Source: an uncultured Acidobacteriota bacterium
Lineage (GTDB): Bacteria > Acidobacteriota > Thermoanaerobaculia > UBA5066
Assembly (NCBI GenBank): GCA_963779415.1
Contig: CAVZYA010000001.1
Coordinates: forward strand, 1,280,001-1,344,000
Length of the DNA stretch: 64,000 bases
Reading direction: 5' to 3'
Of this stretch, positions 55,571 to 64,000 are shown piece after piece. A program made the translations under genes and the position numbers. The notes under the pieces are model-generated. The model ran no database searches. It was given only the letters and a program-made list of their open reading frames with translations, and was not told the DNA's origin. Position 1 is the stretch's first letter, and each line of letters opens with the position of its first letter.

Positions 55571-56776
55571 ATGGCCCAGTTCGTCTGGAAAGGAAAGACG
55601 CGGCAGGGGGTCGTGACCGGCGGCGTCCTCGTCGCCGACTCGAAGGACATGGCGATCGCCGACCTCAGGCGGCGGCAGATCGACGTCTCGACCGTCAAGG
55701 AGAAAGGGAAGGAATTCGCGATCCCGAAGGTGGGGCCGGGGAAGGTCAACTCCAAGCGCCTCGCCATCTTCACGCGGCAGTTCTCCGTCATGATCGACGC
55801 GGGGCTTCCGCTGGTGCAGTGCCTCGAGATCCTCGGGGGACAGCAGGACAACCGCCTCTTCCAGAAGATCATCCTCGCGGTCCGTCAGGACGTGGAATCA
55901 GGCTCGTCGCTCGCCGAAGCGATGCGCAAGCACCCGAAGGCGTTCGACGACCTCTTCGTCAACATGGTCGCCGCCGGCGAGGCGGGCGGTATCCTCGACA
56001 CGATCCTCCGGCGCCTCTCGACCTACATCGAAAAGGCGGTCAAGCTGAAGGGGCAGGTGAAGACGGCGCTCATCTATCCCGTTTCGGTCCTCCTCGTCGC
56101 GTCCATCGTCGTCTTCATCATTCTCTGGAAGGTCATCCCGACTTTCGCCGCCCTTTTCGCCGCCCTCGGCGCGCAGCTCCCGCTCCCGACCCGGATGGTC
56201 ATCGCGGCCTCCAACTTCGTCGCGCGGTACATCATCTTCATCTTCATCGCCATCGGCGTGGCGGGATTCTTCCTTTCGCGCTATTACGCGACCTACCGCG
56301 GCCGGCGGGTGATCGACGGCATCGTCCTGAAGCTCCCCGTCCTCGGGGACATCATGCGCAAGATCGCCGTCGCCCGCTTCTGCCGAACCCTCGCGACGCT
56401 CACCTCTTCGGGCGTCCCGATCCTCGACGGCCTCGAGATCACGGCCCGGACGGCCGGAAACGCGATCATCGAGGACGCGATCCTCGGCGTGAGGAAGTCG
56501 GTCGAGGCCGGGCGCACGATCGCCGAACCCCTCGCCGAGACGAAGGTCTTCCCGTCGATGGTCGTCCAGATGATCAGCGTCGGCGAGCAGACCGGCGCCC
56601 TCGACGCGATGCTGACGAAAATCGCCGAGTTCTACGAGGATGAGGTCGACAACGCGGTCGAGGGGCTCATGAAGCTGATGGAGCCCATCATGATCGCGAT
56701 CCTCGGCACGGTCATCGGGACGATCATCGTCGCGATGTACATGCCGATGTTCGACCTCATCGGAAAGATCCAGTAG
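55571..56776 (+). CDS. pilC: Type IV pilus platform protein
   Basis: FTRQFSVMIDAGLPLVQCL, AGEAGGILD, VGEQTGALD. Confidence 0.95.
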   Translation: MAQFVWKGKTRQGVVTGGVLVADSKDMAIADLRRRQIDVSTVKEKGKEFAIPKVGPGKVNSKRLAIFTRQFSVMIDAGLPLVQCLEILGGQQDNRLFQKIILAVRQDVESGSSLAEAMRKHPKAFDDLFVNMVAAGEAGGILDTILRRLSTYIEKAVKLKGQVKTALIYPVSVLLVASIVVFIILWKVIPTFAALFAALGAQLPLPTRMVIAASNFVARYIIFIFIAIGVAGFFLSRYYATYRGRRVIDGIVLKLPVLGDIMRKIAVARFCRTLATLTSSGVPILDGLEITARTAGNAIIEDAILGVRKSVEAGRTIAEPLAETKVFPSMVVQMISVGEQTGALDAMLTKIAEFYEDEVDNAVEGLMKLMEPIMIAILGTVIGTIIVAMYMPMFDLIGKIQ

Positions 56777-56823
56777 CCCCTCTCCGGCGCCTTTCCGCAC
56801 GGCGCGACGCTAGAATTCCCGGT

Positions 56824-58483
56824 GTGGGTCCCACGACGGACGACGCCGGCGACGCCCTGCGCCCGATGCTCCGCGCCTACGCGTCGCTTCGTCTCGTCGT
56901 CGTCTTCACCCTCATGTTCTCGGCGTTCCTCATCCAGATCACCTTCGACGTCTCGCTCCCGCTCGGCCTGGTCTACTACCTCGTCGCCTTCGCCTGCCTC
57001 CTGTCGGTCGGCTCGCTCCTCACTCTCGAACGGATCCCGGCCGAGGCGAACGCCGGCCTCCAGATTCTCGGAGACCTCTTCGTCGTCACCGGCCTCGTCT
57101 GGATCTCGGGAGGCCCCGACTCGTCGTTCACCTTCCTCTACCTCGCCGCGGTCGCGGCCGGCGCGATCCTCCTCGGCCGCCGCGGCGGCCTCAGCGCGGC
57201 GGGCCTCGCCGCGGTCTTCTATACCGTCCTTCTGGACCTGATGTACTTCGGGGTCCTCACCCCGGTCGACGGCCCGCGCTTCTGGCCGGCGGCGACCCTC
57301 GTCGGGAATGCGGCGCTGAACGTCGCCGCGTTCGTCGCGACGGCGTTTCTCGTAACGGCGAGCACCGAGAAGCTCGGCGAGGCGCGGCGCGACGTCGAGC
57401 GTCGCAAGGCGGAGATCGCGCGCCTCCAGGCCCTCCACGCCTCGGTCCTCTCCTCGATGTCCTCCGGCGTCCTGACGACGGACCTCGACGGCGTCGTCAC
57501 GTATGCGAACCCGGCGGCCGCCGAGCTTCTCGACCTGGCGCCGATCGACCTCATCGGGAAGCCCGTCCTCTCGCTGGGGCTCGCGGACGCCGCGACCTGG
57601 GAGCGGATCCGTGCCGCCGAACGGGAGATCCTCCGCTTCGACGCCATACGGCCGACGCGCGGGACCGAGGCGTTCTTCGGCGTCTCGGCGAGCTCGCTTC
57701 GGGACGCGGGCGGGCGGCCGACGGGGCGGATCCTGATCTTCCAGAACGTCACGCGGCTCCGGAAGCTGGAGGGCGAGGTCCGCCTGAAGGAGAAGCTGGC
57801 GGCCGTGGGCGAGCTCGCCGCCGGGATCGCCCACGAGATCCGCAACCCGCTCGCCTCGATCTCGGGCTCCGTCCAGGTCCTCAAGGGGATGGGGACCCCC
57901 GGCTCCGGGGAGCACCGCCTCATGGACATCGTCGTCACGGAGTCCCAGCGCCTCTCCCGGATCCTCGAGGACTTCCTCCGCTACGTCCGGCCGCGCGAGC
58001 GGTCCGTCGAGCCCGTCGACGCGCCCGCCGCGCTACGCGACGTCCTCACGCTCCTGCAGCACAGCGACGAGGTGTCGCCGCGGCATACGATCTCCTTCGA
58101 GCTCGATCCCCCCTCCGCCGTCCTCTCCGCCGATCCCGGCCAGCTCCGGCAGATCTTCTGGAACGTCTCCCGGAACGCCCTTTCGGCGATGCCCGCGGGG
58201 GGCTCCCTCACCGTAAGGACCCGCCTCGAGGGCGGCACGTGGACCGTCTCCTTCACCGACGACGGGCGCGGAATGACACCGGAGGAACGCAACCGTCTCT
58301 TCACGCCATTTGCTCACAGCTTCCGGGGAGGGACGGGGCTGGGCCTCGCGATCGTCTATCGGATCGTCGAGGAGCACGGCGGGCGGATCGACGTCGAGAC
58401 CGAGCCGCACCGCGGCACGACCGTCACGATCTCCCTGCCGGCGGCGCGCGTCCGAGTCCCGGCCGGCCCGGGAGGTCGCATGA
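56824..58483 (+). CDS. pilS: Sensor histidine kinase; reads in frame into pilR as sequenced
   Basis: About six TM helices, PAS, AHEIRNPL, GTGLGL; probable true stop is the ATGA overlap at 58480-58483. Confidence 0.85.
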
Positions 58484-59919
58484 CGGCACCGGCCGGGCCG
58501 GAGCTTCTGATCGTCGACGACGAGCCGGGGATCGTCGACATGCTGTCGATCGTCTTCCAGAACGAGGGCTACCGCGTCGCCTCCGCGCGCTCCTGCACCG
58601 AGGCTCTCGCGCGGCTCGACCGGGCCATGCCCGACCTCGTCCTCACGGACGTCCGGATGCCCGACGGGAGCGGCTTCGAGATCCTCAAGCGGAGCCGCGA
58701 GCTTTCGCCGTCGGTTCCGGTCGTGATGATCACGGCCTACACGACGACGAAGACCGCGATCGACGCGCTGAAGGCCGGCGCCTACGACTACATCTCGAAG
58801 CCCTTCGACGTCGACGAGATGAAGCACGTCGTCGAGCGGGCCCTCGAGCGCAAGCGCCTCGCGGAGGAGAACGTCGCGCTCCGCGAGCGGATCGACAAGT
58901 CGACGAGGGGGGTCGTCGGCGTCTCGCGCAAGATGCGCGCCCTGCTCGATCTCGTCGACCGGATCGGGAAGACCTCCTCGACGGTCCTCGTCTCGGGCGA
59001 GTCCGGAACCGGCAAGGAGCTGATCGCCCGTGCGATCCACGAGGCTTCGTCCCGCGCCGCGCAGCCGTTCATCTCCATCAACTGCGGGGCGATGCCCGAG
59101 ACCCTTCTCGAGTCGGAGCTGTTCGGTCACGAGAAGGGGGCCTTCACCGGGGCGATCCGGGAGAAGAAGGGGCTCTTCCAGGAAGCCGAAGGGGGGACGC
59201 TCTTCCTCGACGAGATCGGCGAGACCTCCGTCACGATGCAGGTCAAGCTCCTCCGCGCCCTTCAGGAGCGCGTCATCCGGCACGTGGGTGGGAACGCCGA
59301 GGAGCCCATCGACGTGAGGATCATCTGCGCCACGAACAAGGACCTCGGGAAGAAGGTCCGGGAAGGGTCCTTCCGCGAGGACCTCTTCTACCGGATCAAC
59401 GTGATCCCCCTTCCGATCCCTCCGCTCCGTGAGCGCCGCGAGGACATCCCGTACCTCGTCCGCCACTTTCTCCGGAAGGTGGCCCGCGAGCAGGGGATGT
59501 CGGAGAAGAAGATCTCGACCGAAGCGATGCGACTCCTTGAAGCGCACGCCTGGCCGGGGAACGTCCGCGAGCTGGAGAACCTGATCGAGCGGACCGTCGC
59601 CCTCGAGCCGTCGGAGGTGATCACGACGAGCTCGCTCCCGGAGGTCTTCCTCCATCCGGCCGGGCTCCCTTCCGCCTCCGGGGCCGACGGCATCGACCTG
59701 CCGACGGAAGGGATCGACCTCGAGCGCTATGTCGAGTGGCTCGGTAAGCGGCTGATGCAGCAGGCTCTCGAGCGGACGGGCGGCGTCCAGATCCGGGCCG
59801 CGGAGCTGCTCCGGATGTCGGAGCGCTCCTTCCGCTACTACGCGAAGAAGTACGGCATCCGGCGGGAGGGGGAGGAGGTCCCGGACGAAAGGGCCGAGCC
59901 TCCCGTCGACCGCCCGTGA
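58480..59919 (+). CDS. pilR: sigma54-dependent response regulator
   Basis: GGAGG RBS; receiver domain, GESGTGKE, GAFTGA, WPGNVRELEN, C-terminal HTH. Confidence 0.9.
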   Translation: MTAPAGPELLIVDDEPGIVDMLSIVFQNEGYRVASARSCTEALARLDRAMPDLVLTDVRMPDGSGFEILKRSRELSPSVPVVMITAYTTTKTAIDALKAGAYDYISKPFDVDEMKHVVERALERKRLAEENVALRERIDKSTRGVVGVSRKMRALLDLVDRIGKTSSTVLVSGESGTGKELIARAIHEASSRAAQPFISINCGAMPETLLESELFGHEKGAFTGAIREKKGLFQEAEGGTLFLDEIGETSVTMQVKLLRALQERVIRHVGGNAEEPIDVRIICATNKDLGKKVREGSFREDLFYRINVIPLPIPPLRERREDIPYLVRHFLRKVAREQGMSEKKISTEAMRLLEAHAWPGNVRELENLIERTVALEPSEVITTSSLPEVFLHPAGLPSASGADGIDLPTEGIDLERYVEWLGKRLMQQALERTGGVQIRAAELLRMSERSFRYYAKKYGIRREGEEVPDERAEPPVDRP

Positions 59920-60399
59920 CGTCGCGAGCCGCGTTCCCCGCAGCGCTCCTCGCCTTCGCGCTCGCCTCCTGCACGCGCCCGGGCCCGGCGGGCTCTCCCG
60001 CCGCGCCCGTGCCGGGAAAAGGTCCCCGGGTCGTCCTTCCGTCCGGCACCGTCGTTCTCGGTCGAGCTCGCCCTGACGGACGCGGAGCGCGCCCAGGGGC
60101 TGATGTACCGCGAGTCGCTCGCCGACGGAGCCGGGATGCTCTTTCTCTTCGACACTCTCGAGGCCCGTCCCTTCTGGATGAAGAGCTGCCACTTCCCGCT
60201 CGACATCGTCCACCTGACGAAGGACGGCACGGTCGTCGACGTCCTGGCGAACGTCCCTCCGTGCGCCGCGGACCCCTGCCCGACCTACCCGCCGGCGGCC
60301 CCGTCGGACACCGTCCTCGAGCTGAACGCGGCGGCCGCGTCGAAGAACGGGCTCGTCCGCGGGGCGAAGGTCGGGTTCGTCGAGGTCCCAGGCAGGTAA
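59916..60399 (+). CDS. DUF192 family lipoprotein, frameshift near 60058
   Basis: LAS-C lipobox; VELALT..ERAQGLMYR, GMLFLF, FWMK...PLDI, VLELNA. Confidence 0.8.
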
Positions 60400-60454
60400 G
60401 ACAGACTTGATATCGATCATCTAATCGTAGGAGAATGACGCCGGGAGGCACGCC

Positions 60455-60664
60455 ATGTCTCGCACGGTCGTCTCGTCGAAGTTTCAGGTCGTGATTCCGA
60501 AGGACGTCCGGAATGAGAGCGGGCTGAAGAAAGGACAGAGATTTCAGGTCCTCAGCCGGGGCGGCGTCATCACCCTCGTTCCGGAAGAGCCCCTCTCGGC
60601 GCTCAAGGGCTTCGCGAAGCGGGTCCGGGCGAGTGGCTTCCGAGAGAAGAAGGAACGGCTCTGA
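60455..60664 (+). CDS. AbrB/MazE-fold antitoxin
   Basis: VVSSKFQVVIPKDVR...LKKGQ. Confidence 0.9.
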   Translation: MSRTVVSSKFQVVIPKDVRNESGLKKGQRFQVLSRGGVITLVPEEPLSALKGFAKRVRASGFREKKERL

Positions 60665-61041
60665 GGCTGATCGACTCGTCAGCCTGGCTGGAAGTCTTCC
60701 GCGACGGCCCTCATGCCGACCGCGTTCTTCGCCTCATCGGGGATCCGACGAATATCGTGACGCCGAGCGTCGTTCTCTACGAGGTCTACAAGGTCCTGAA
60801 GCGCGACGACTCCGAGGAAGACGCCCTCCGTGCCGCCGCGCAGATCCTGAAGACGAACATCGTGCCGCTGACGGAAACCCTCGCCCTCGAAGCGGCCGAC
60901 TTGAGCCTCGGTCACCACCTCGCCATGGCCGACGCGATCGTCTATGCGACCGGCCGGAGCCAAAGGGCCGAGATCGTCACGGCCGACGCCGATCTCGGCC
61001 GGCTGCCCGGGGTGGTCTTCTTCTCCAAGAAGAAATTCTGA
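60661..61041 (+). CDS. vapC: VapC PIN-domain toxin, apparent CTG start
   Basis: LIDSSAWLE...LYEV...LAMADAIVYAT...TADADL; the first catalytic Asp lies upstream of the first GTG/ATG. Confidence 0.85.
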   Translation: MRLIDSSAWLEVFRDGPHADRVLRLIGDPTNIVTPSVVLYEVYKVLKRDDSEEDALRAAAQILKTNIVPLTETLALEAADLSLGHHLAMADAIVYATGRSQRAEIVTADADLGRLPGVVFFSKKKF

Positions 61042-61230
61042 TCGAAGCCAATCGAGTGGTCATGAGCGGTGGGTACTCCGGAGAAAAGGGCCTTCTACTG
61101 AATTTCGTACACGCAGAGACCTCGACCGGCATAGACGAAGCGGCAAGGTGCCCAGCCTTCGCTACGGATGGAAGAGGGAGAGGCGGCTCCTTTCGGGCCG
61201 ATCGTCGGGGAAAGCCATAGAGTGCCGGCT

Positions 61231-61250
61231 CTGCCAAATGGCAGTAGAAT
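61231..61250 (+). promoter_or_regulatory. Palindromic operator plus -10 box of the Xre-RES operon
   Basis: CTGCCA-AA-TGGCAG immediately followed by TAGAAT. Confidence 0.65.
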
Positions 61251-61274
61251 CGTGGCCAGATTGGGGGTTCCGCC

Positions 61275-61703
61275 ATGCTCTCCACGAAGCGGATGGTCGA
61301 AACGCTCGGAGGCCCGAAGATTCTGCGGGCCGGGAGTCTCGAGGATCTGAGGAACCGCGTCCGTTCCGGGCTCCCGTACGGGTCGCTCGAAGCCGTGACC
61401 TCGGCCTACGCGATCGACGCGAAAGAGCTGGCTTCGATCCTTCACGTCCCCCCGCGGACGCTCGCGAGGCGAAAGAAGTCCCGCCGTTTCACTGCGGACG
61501 AATCGGACCGGCTGTTCCGCGTCGGACGGATGGCTGCCCTCGCTGAGGACGTCCTTGGCGGACGGGACAAGGCGGCGAGTTGGCTTCAGAGGCCGAACCG
61601 GGCGCTCGGACTGAAATCGCCCCTTCAGTCGCTCGACAGCGATCTCGGCGCGGCGGAAGTCGAGTCCCTGCTGCGGCGAATCGAGCACGGGGTTTACAGC
61701 TAG
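61275..61703 (+). CDS. Xre/MbcA/ParS antitoxin
   Basis: GLP, RTLARRK, ESDRLFR, A..WL..PNRALG..PL, GA..V..LL.RIEHGVYS. Confidence 0.92.
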   Translation: MLSTKRMVETLGGPKILRAGSLEDLRNRVRSGLPYGSLEAVTSAYAIDAKELASILHVPPRTLARRKKSRRFTADESDRLFRVGRMAALAEDVLGGRDKAASWLQRPNRALGLKSPLQSLDSDLGAAEVESLLRRIEHGVYS

Positions 61704-61711
61704 GGCTCGAC

Positions 61712-62173
61712 GTGAGGGTCTGGCGCCTCTGCCGTCGCCGGTATTCCGCCTTCGACGGAGAAGGCGCCCGGATCGCCGGAGGACGATGGAACCGGAGAGG
61801 GACGCCCGTCGTGTACACGTCGGAGACGCTCTCGCTGGCGGCGTTGGAGTACTTCGTGAACCTCGATGCCTCGGAAGCCCCCGACGACCTCGTCTCGATC
61901 TTCGCCGACATTCCCGAGGACATGCCCGTCGCGATCGTCAAAGAGCGCGACCTTCCGCAGGACTGGCGCCGATACCCTGCCCTGGAATCGCTTGTCGATC
62001 TCGGGGCCGAATGGGTGACGCGCGGTCGGGAAGCCGTTCTTTCCGTGCCGTCGGCCGTCGTGCCTTCGGAGCGCAATTACCTCCTGAGCCCCTCTCACTC
62101 CGCCTTCGAGAGGATTCGGATCGGTCCGCCTCAGCCCTTCTCGCTCGACCCGCGACTCTGGAACGTGCGCTGA
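61712..62173 (+). CDS. RES-domain NAD+-targeting toxin
   Basis: WRL, GGRWN, VYTSETLSLAALE, VPSAVVP.ERNY, DPRL. Confidence 0.92.
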   Translation: MRVWRLCRRRYSAFDGEGARIAGGRWNRRGTPVVYTSETLSLAALEYFVNLDASEAPDDLVSIFADIPEDMPVAIVKERDLPQDWRRYPALESLVDLGAEWVTRGREAVLSVPSAVVPSERNYLLSPSHSAFERIRIGPPQPFSLDPRLWNVR

Positions 62174-62174
62174 G

Positions 62175-63971
62175 CTACGACCCGCTCGGCACGAAGCGGA
62201 AGAGGCCGCGGCCGACCGTCGCGAGGAAGAGGCCGTGTGCCCGGCGCGGGTCGCCCGACCACCCCGCCACGCGAAGTCCCGGCTCCGGCAGCGGGAGGGC
62301 CACGGCGGCGCCCGAATCGTCGCGGAAGACGAGGATCCCGCGCGCGTCGTCCACCTCGAGGCCGACGGAGACCGGGGTCCGGACGACTCGCGGACGGCCG
62401 AAGCCGCCGGAGAGCGGGCCGGTGATTCCGGGCGCATCGAGCGGGAGCCAGCGGCCCTGGTCCCAGACCAGGGAGGTGCCGGCCGATTCCGCGACGAGGG
62501 CCGGCACGGACGTCAACGGAAGAAGGATCCGGCGGAGAGCATCGATGGGCGCCGCGAGGCTTCCGAGACGCGCCCACGTTCGTCCCGCGTCCCGGCTCTC
62601 GAAGACACCCTGATCCGTGGCCGCGGCGATGGCGCCCCGGTCCACGAGAAGGGCCCGCGAGACGTGCGTCAGCGTCCTCTCCCACGGCGAGCGTTCGCCC
62701 GGCGTCGCGAAGACGCCGTCCGGCGTCGCGGCGACGAGACGCCCGCCCATGGAGACGAGAGCGACGACCGTCGCGGGGGGCGACGAGGCCAGCCTCTCGG
62801 CTCCTCCGGAAGACGGATCGATGGACCAGAGGCCGCCGGAGAGGCCGTCGGCCGCGCGCGCCACGACGAGCCGTCCGTCGCGCCCCGGGGCGACTGCGGA
62901 GAGGCGCGCTTCGGCGAGCCCGCGCGAGCCGCTGGAGAAGCTCGCGCCCGAGTCCTCGGAAACGAGAACGCCGTCGGACTCGGTCCCCGCGAGAAGGCGC
63001 GAGGGGCGTCGCGGATCGAAAAGGAGGGCGTTCACGACCAGCTCCGTCGAGAGGCGGCGAAAGCTCTTCCCGGCATCCCGGCTCTCGTAGAGGCCGCCCG
63101 TCGTCCCGGCGACGATCCGTTCGGGGTTCCCGGGGTCGATCCGGACGACGAGCGTTCGCCTGTCGGCGAGGCCTTCCCGATAGCGCACCCAGTTCGTTCC
63201 CCCGTCCGTCGTCCGATAGACCCATCCGCACGTGGCCGCCCAGAAATCGTCCGGGTTTCCGGTAGCGAAATCGAGGCTGAAAACCTCCGTGTCCTCCACC
63301 ATTCCCGCCGCGATCCGGACCCAGCTCCGGCCGAGGTCGGACGACCGGAAAGGATGGCGGAACGTCCCGGCGAAGAGGGTCTGCGGCCGGAGCGGGTGGA
63401 AGGCGACGAACGAGACCCCGGCGCCCGGGTCGAGCGGCGGAACGGAGCGCCGCCACGACGCGCCGCCATCCTCCGAGATTTCGAGGCCTCCGTCCCCTCC
63501 GGCGACGACGACGCGCCGCCCGTCGAGTCGTGTGACGGCGAGGGCCCGGGCCCCCGCGCGATCCTCCCACCGGCGGATCTCGGCGAACGTGGCGCCTCCG
63601 TCCTCCGTCACGACGATCCGCCCGCCGCGGACGACGCCGGTGAGGCCGATCCAGAGAGTCGCCGGCCGCACGGGGTCCGGCGCCAGCGCCGTCACCGCGA
63701 AGCCGGGAAAGCGGGCGGCGGGAGACGGGGGCGCCCATGACCGGCCGCCGTCCGAGGAGCGATAGACCCCTCCTTGCGCAGTGCCGAGCCAGAAACCGTC
63801 CGGCGCGGACCGGTCCACGGCCAGGGCTTTCACCTCCGCGCCGGGCAGCGGATAGCGCAGCCAGCTTCCGTCTATCGCTTCCGGAGCGGGAGCGCCGGAA
63901 ACGAGAGGCGACGCAAGAAAGAGCGCGGCAAGCGCGAGAATCCGGTGGCGTCTCGCGCGACTCCCGATCAG
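62175..63971 (-). CDS. Secreted BNR/Asp-box beta-propeller protein; start uncertain
   Basis: Repeated SxDGGxSW boxes; a signal-like segment ILALAALFLASPLVSG lies upstream of the ORF-track start; the frame stays open to the window edge. Confidence 0.8.
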   Translation of the reverse strand: MIGSRARRHRILALAALFLASPLVSGAPAPEAIDGSWLRYPLPGAEVKALAVDRSAPDGFWLGTAQGGVYRSSDGGRSWAPPSPAARFPGFAVTALAPDPVRPATLWIGLTGVVRGGRIVVTEDGGATFAEIRRWEDRAGARALAVTRLDGRRVVVAGGDGGLEISEDGGASWRRSVPPLDPGAGVSFVAFHPLRPQTLFAGTFRHPFRSSDLGRSWVRIAAGMVEDTEVFSLDFATGNPDDFWAATCGWVYRTTDGGTNWVRYREGLADRRTLVVRIDPGNPERIVAGTTGGLYESRDAGKSFRRLSTELVVNALLFDPRRPSRLLAGTESDGVLVSEDSGASFSSGSRGLAEARLSAVAPGRDGRLVVARAADGLSGGLWSIDPSSGGAERLASSPPATVVALVSMGGRLVAATPDGVFATPGERSPWERTLTHVSRALLVDRGAIAAATDQGVFESRDAGRTWARLGSLAAPIDALRRILLPLTSVPALVAESAGTSLVWDQGRWLPLDAPGITGPLSGGFGRPRVVRTPVSVGLEVDDARGILVFRDDSGAAVALPLPEPGLRVAGWSGDPRRAHGLFLATVGRGLFRFVPSGS

Positions 63972-64000
63972 ACGTCCTTCCCCGAGGAGGGAGCCGAGGA

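Overview
GC-rich bacterial chromosome segment; 16S and gene content suggest Acidobacteriota, probably Thermoanaerobaculia-like (inference, not database-checked). It opens with a complete minus-strand rRNA operon (16S, tRNA-Ile, tRNA-Ala, 23S, 5S) with two sigma70 promoters and a terminator. Purine genes (purN, purM, purF, purL, purQ, purS) are dispersed among LPS/heptose genes (waaF, gmhA, hldE) and a pxpABC 5-oxoprolinase operon. The right half holds an ECF/anti-sigma-headed T2SS/T4P-like cluster, waaA-lpxK-lpxL, waaC, pilB-pilT-pilC-pilS-pilR without pilA, and two intact toxin-antitoxin pairs. The most unusual feature is a 1.4-kb scar upstream of purL. There an IS3-family left end interrupts a type I-C-like CRISPR repeat, leaving one spacer and one full repeat, beside three TA modules whose toxins are truncated, amber-stopped or missing while the antitoxins are intact. 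Other candidates are a solitary integron-like gene cassette, a sigma54-driven Asr-like secreted protein and many apparently leaderless genes. Numerous frameshifts, mostly at 14-21 kb, look like long-read sequencing errors. All family assignments come from motif recognition, not database searches.
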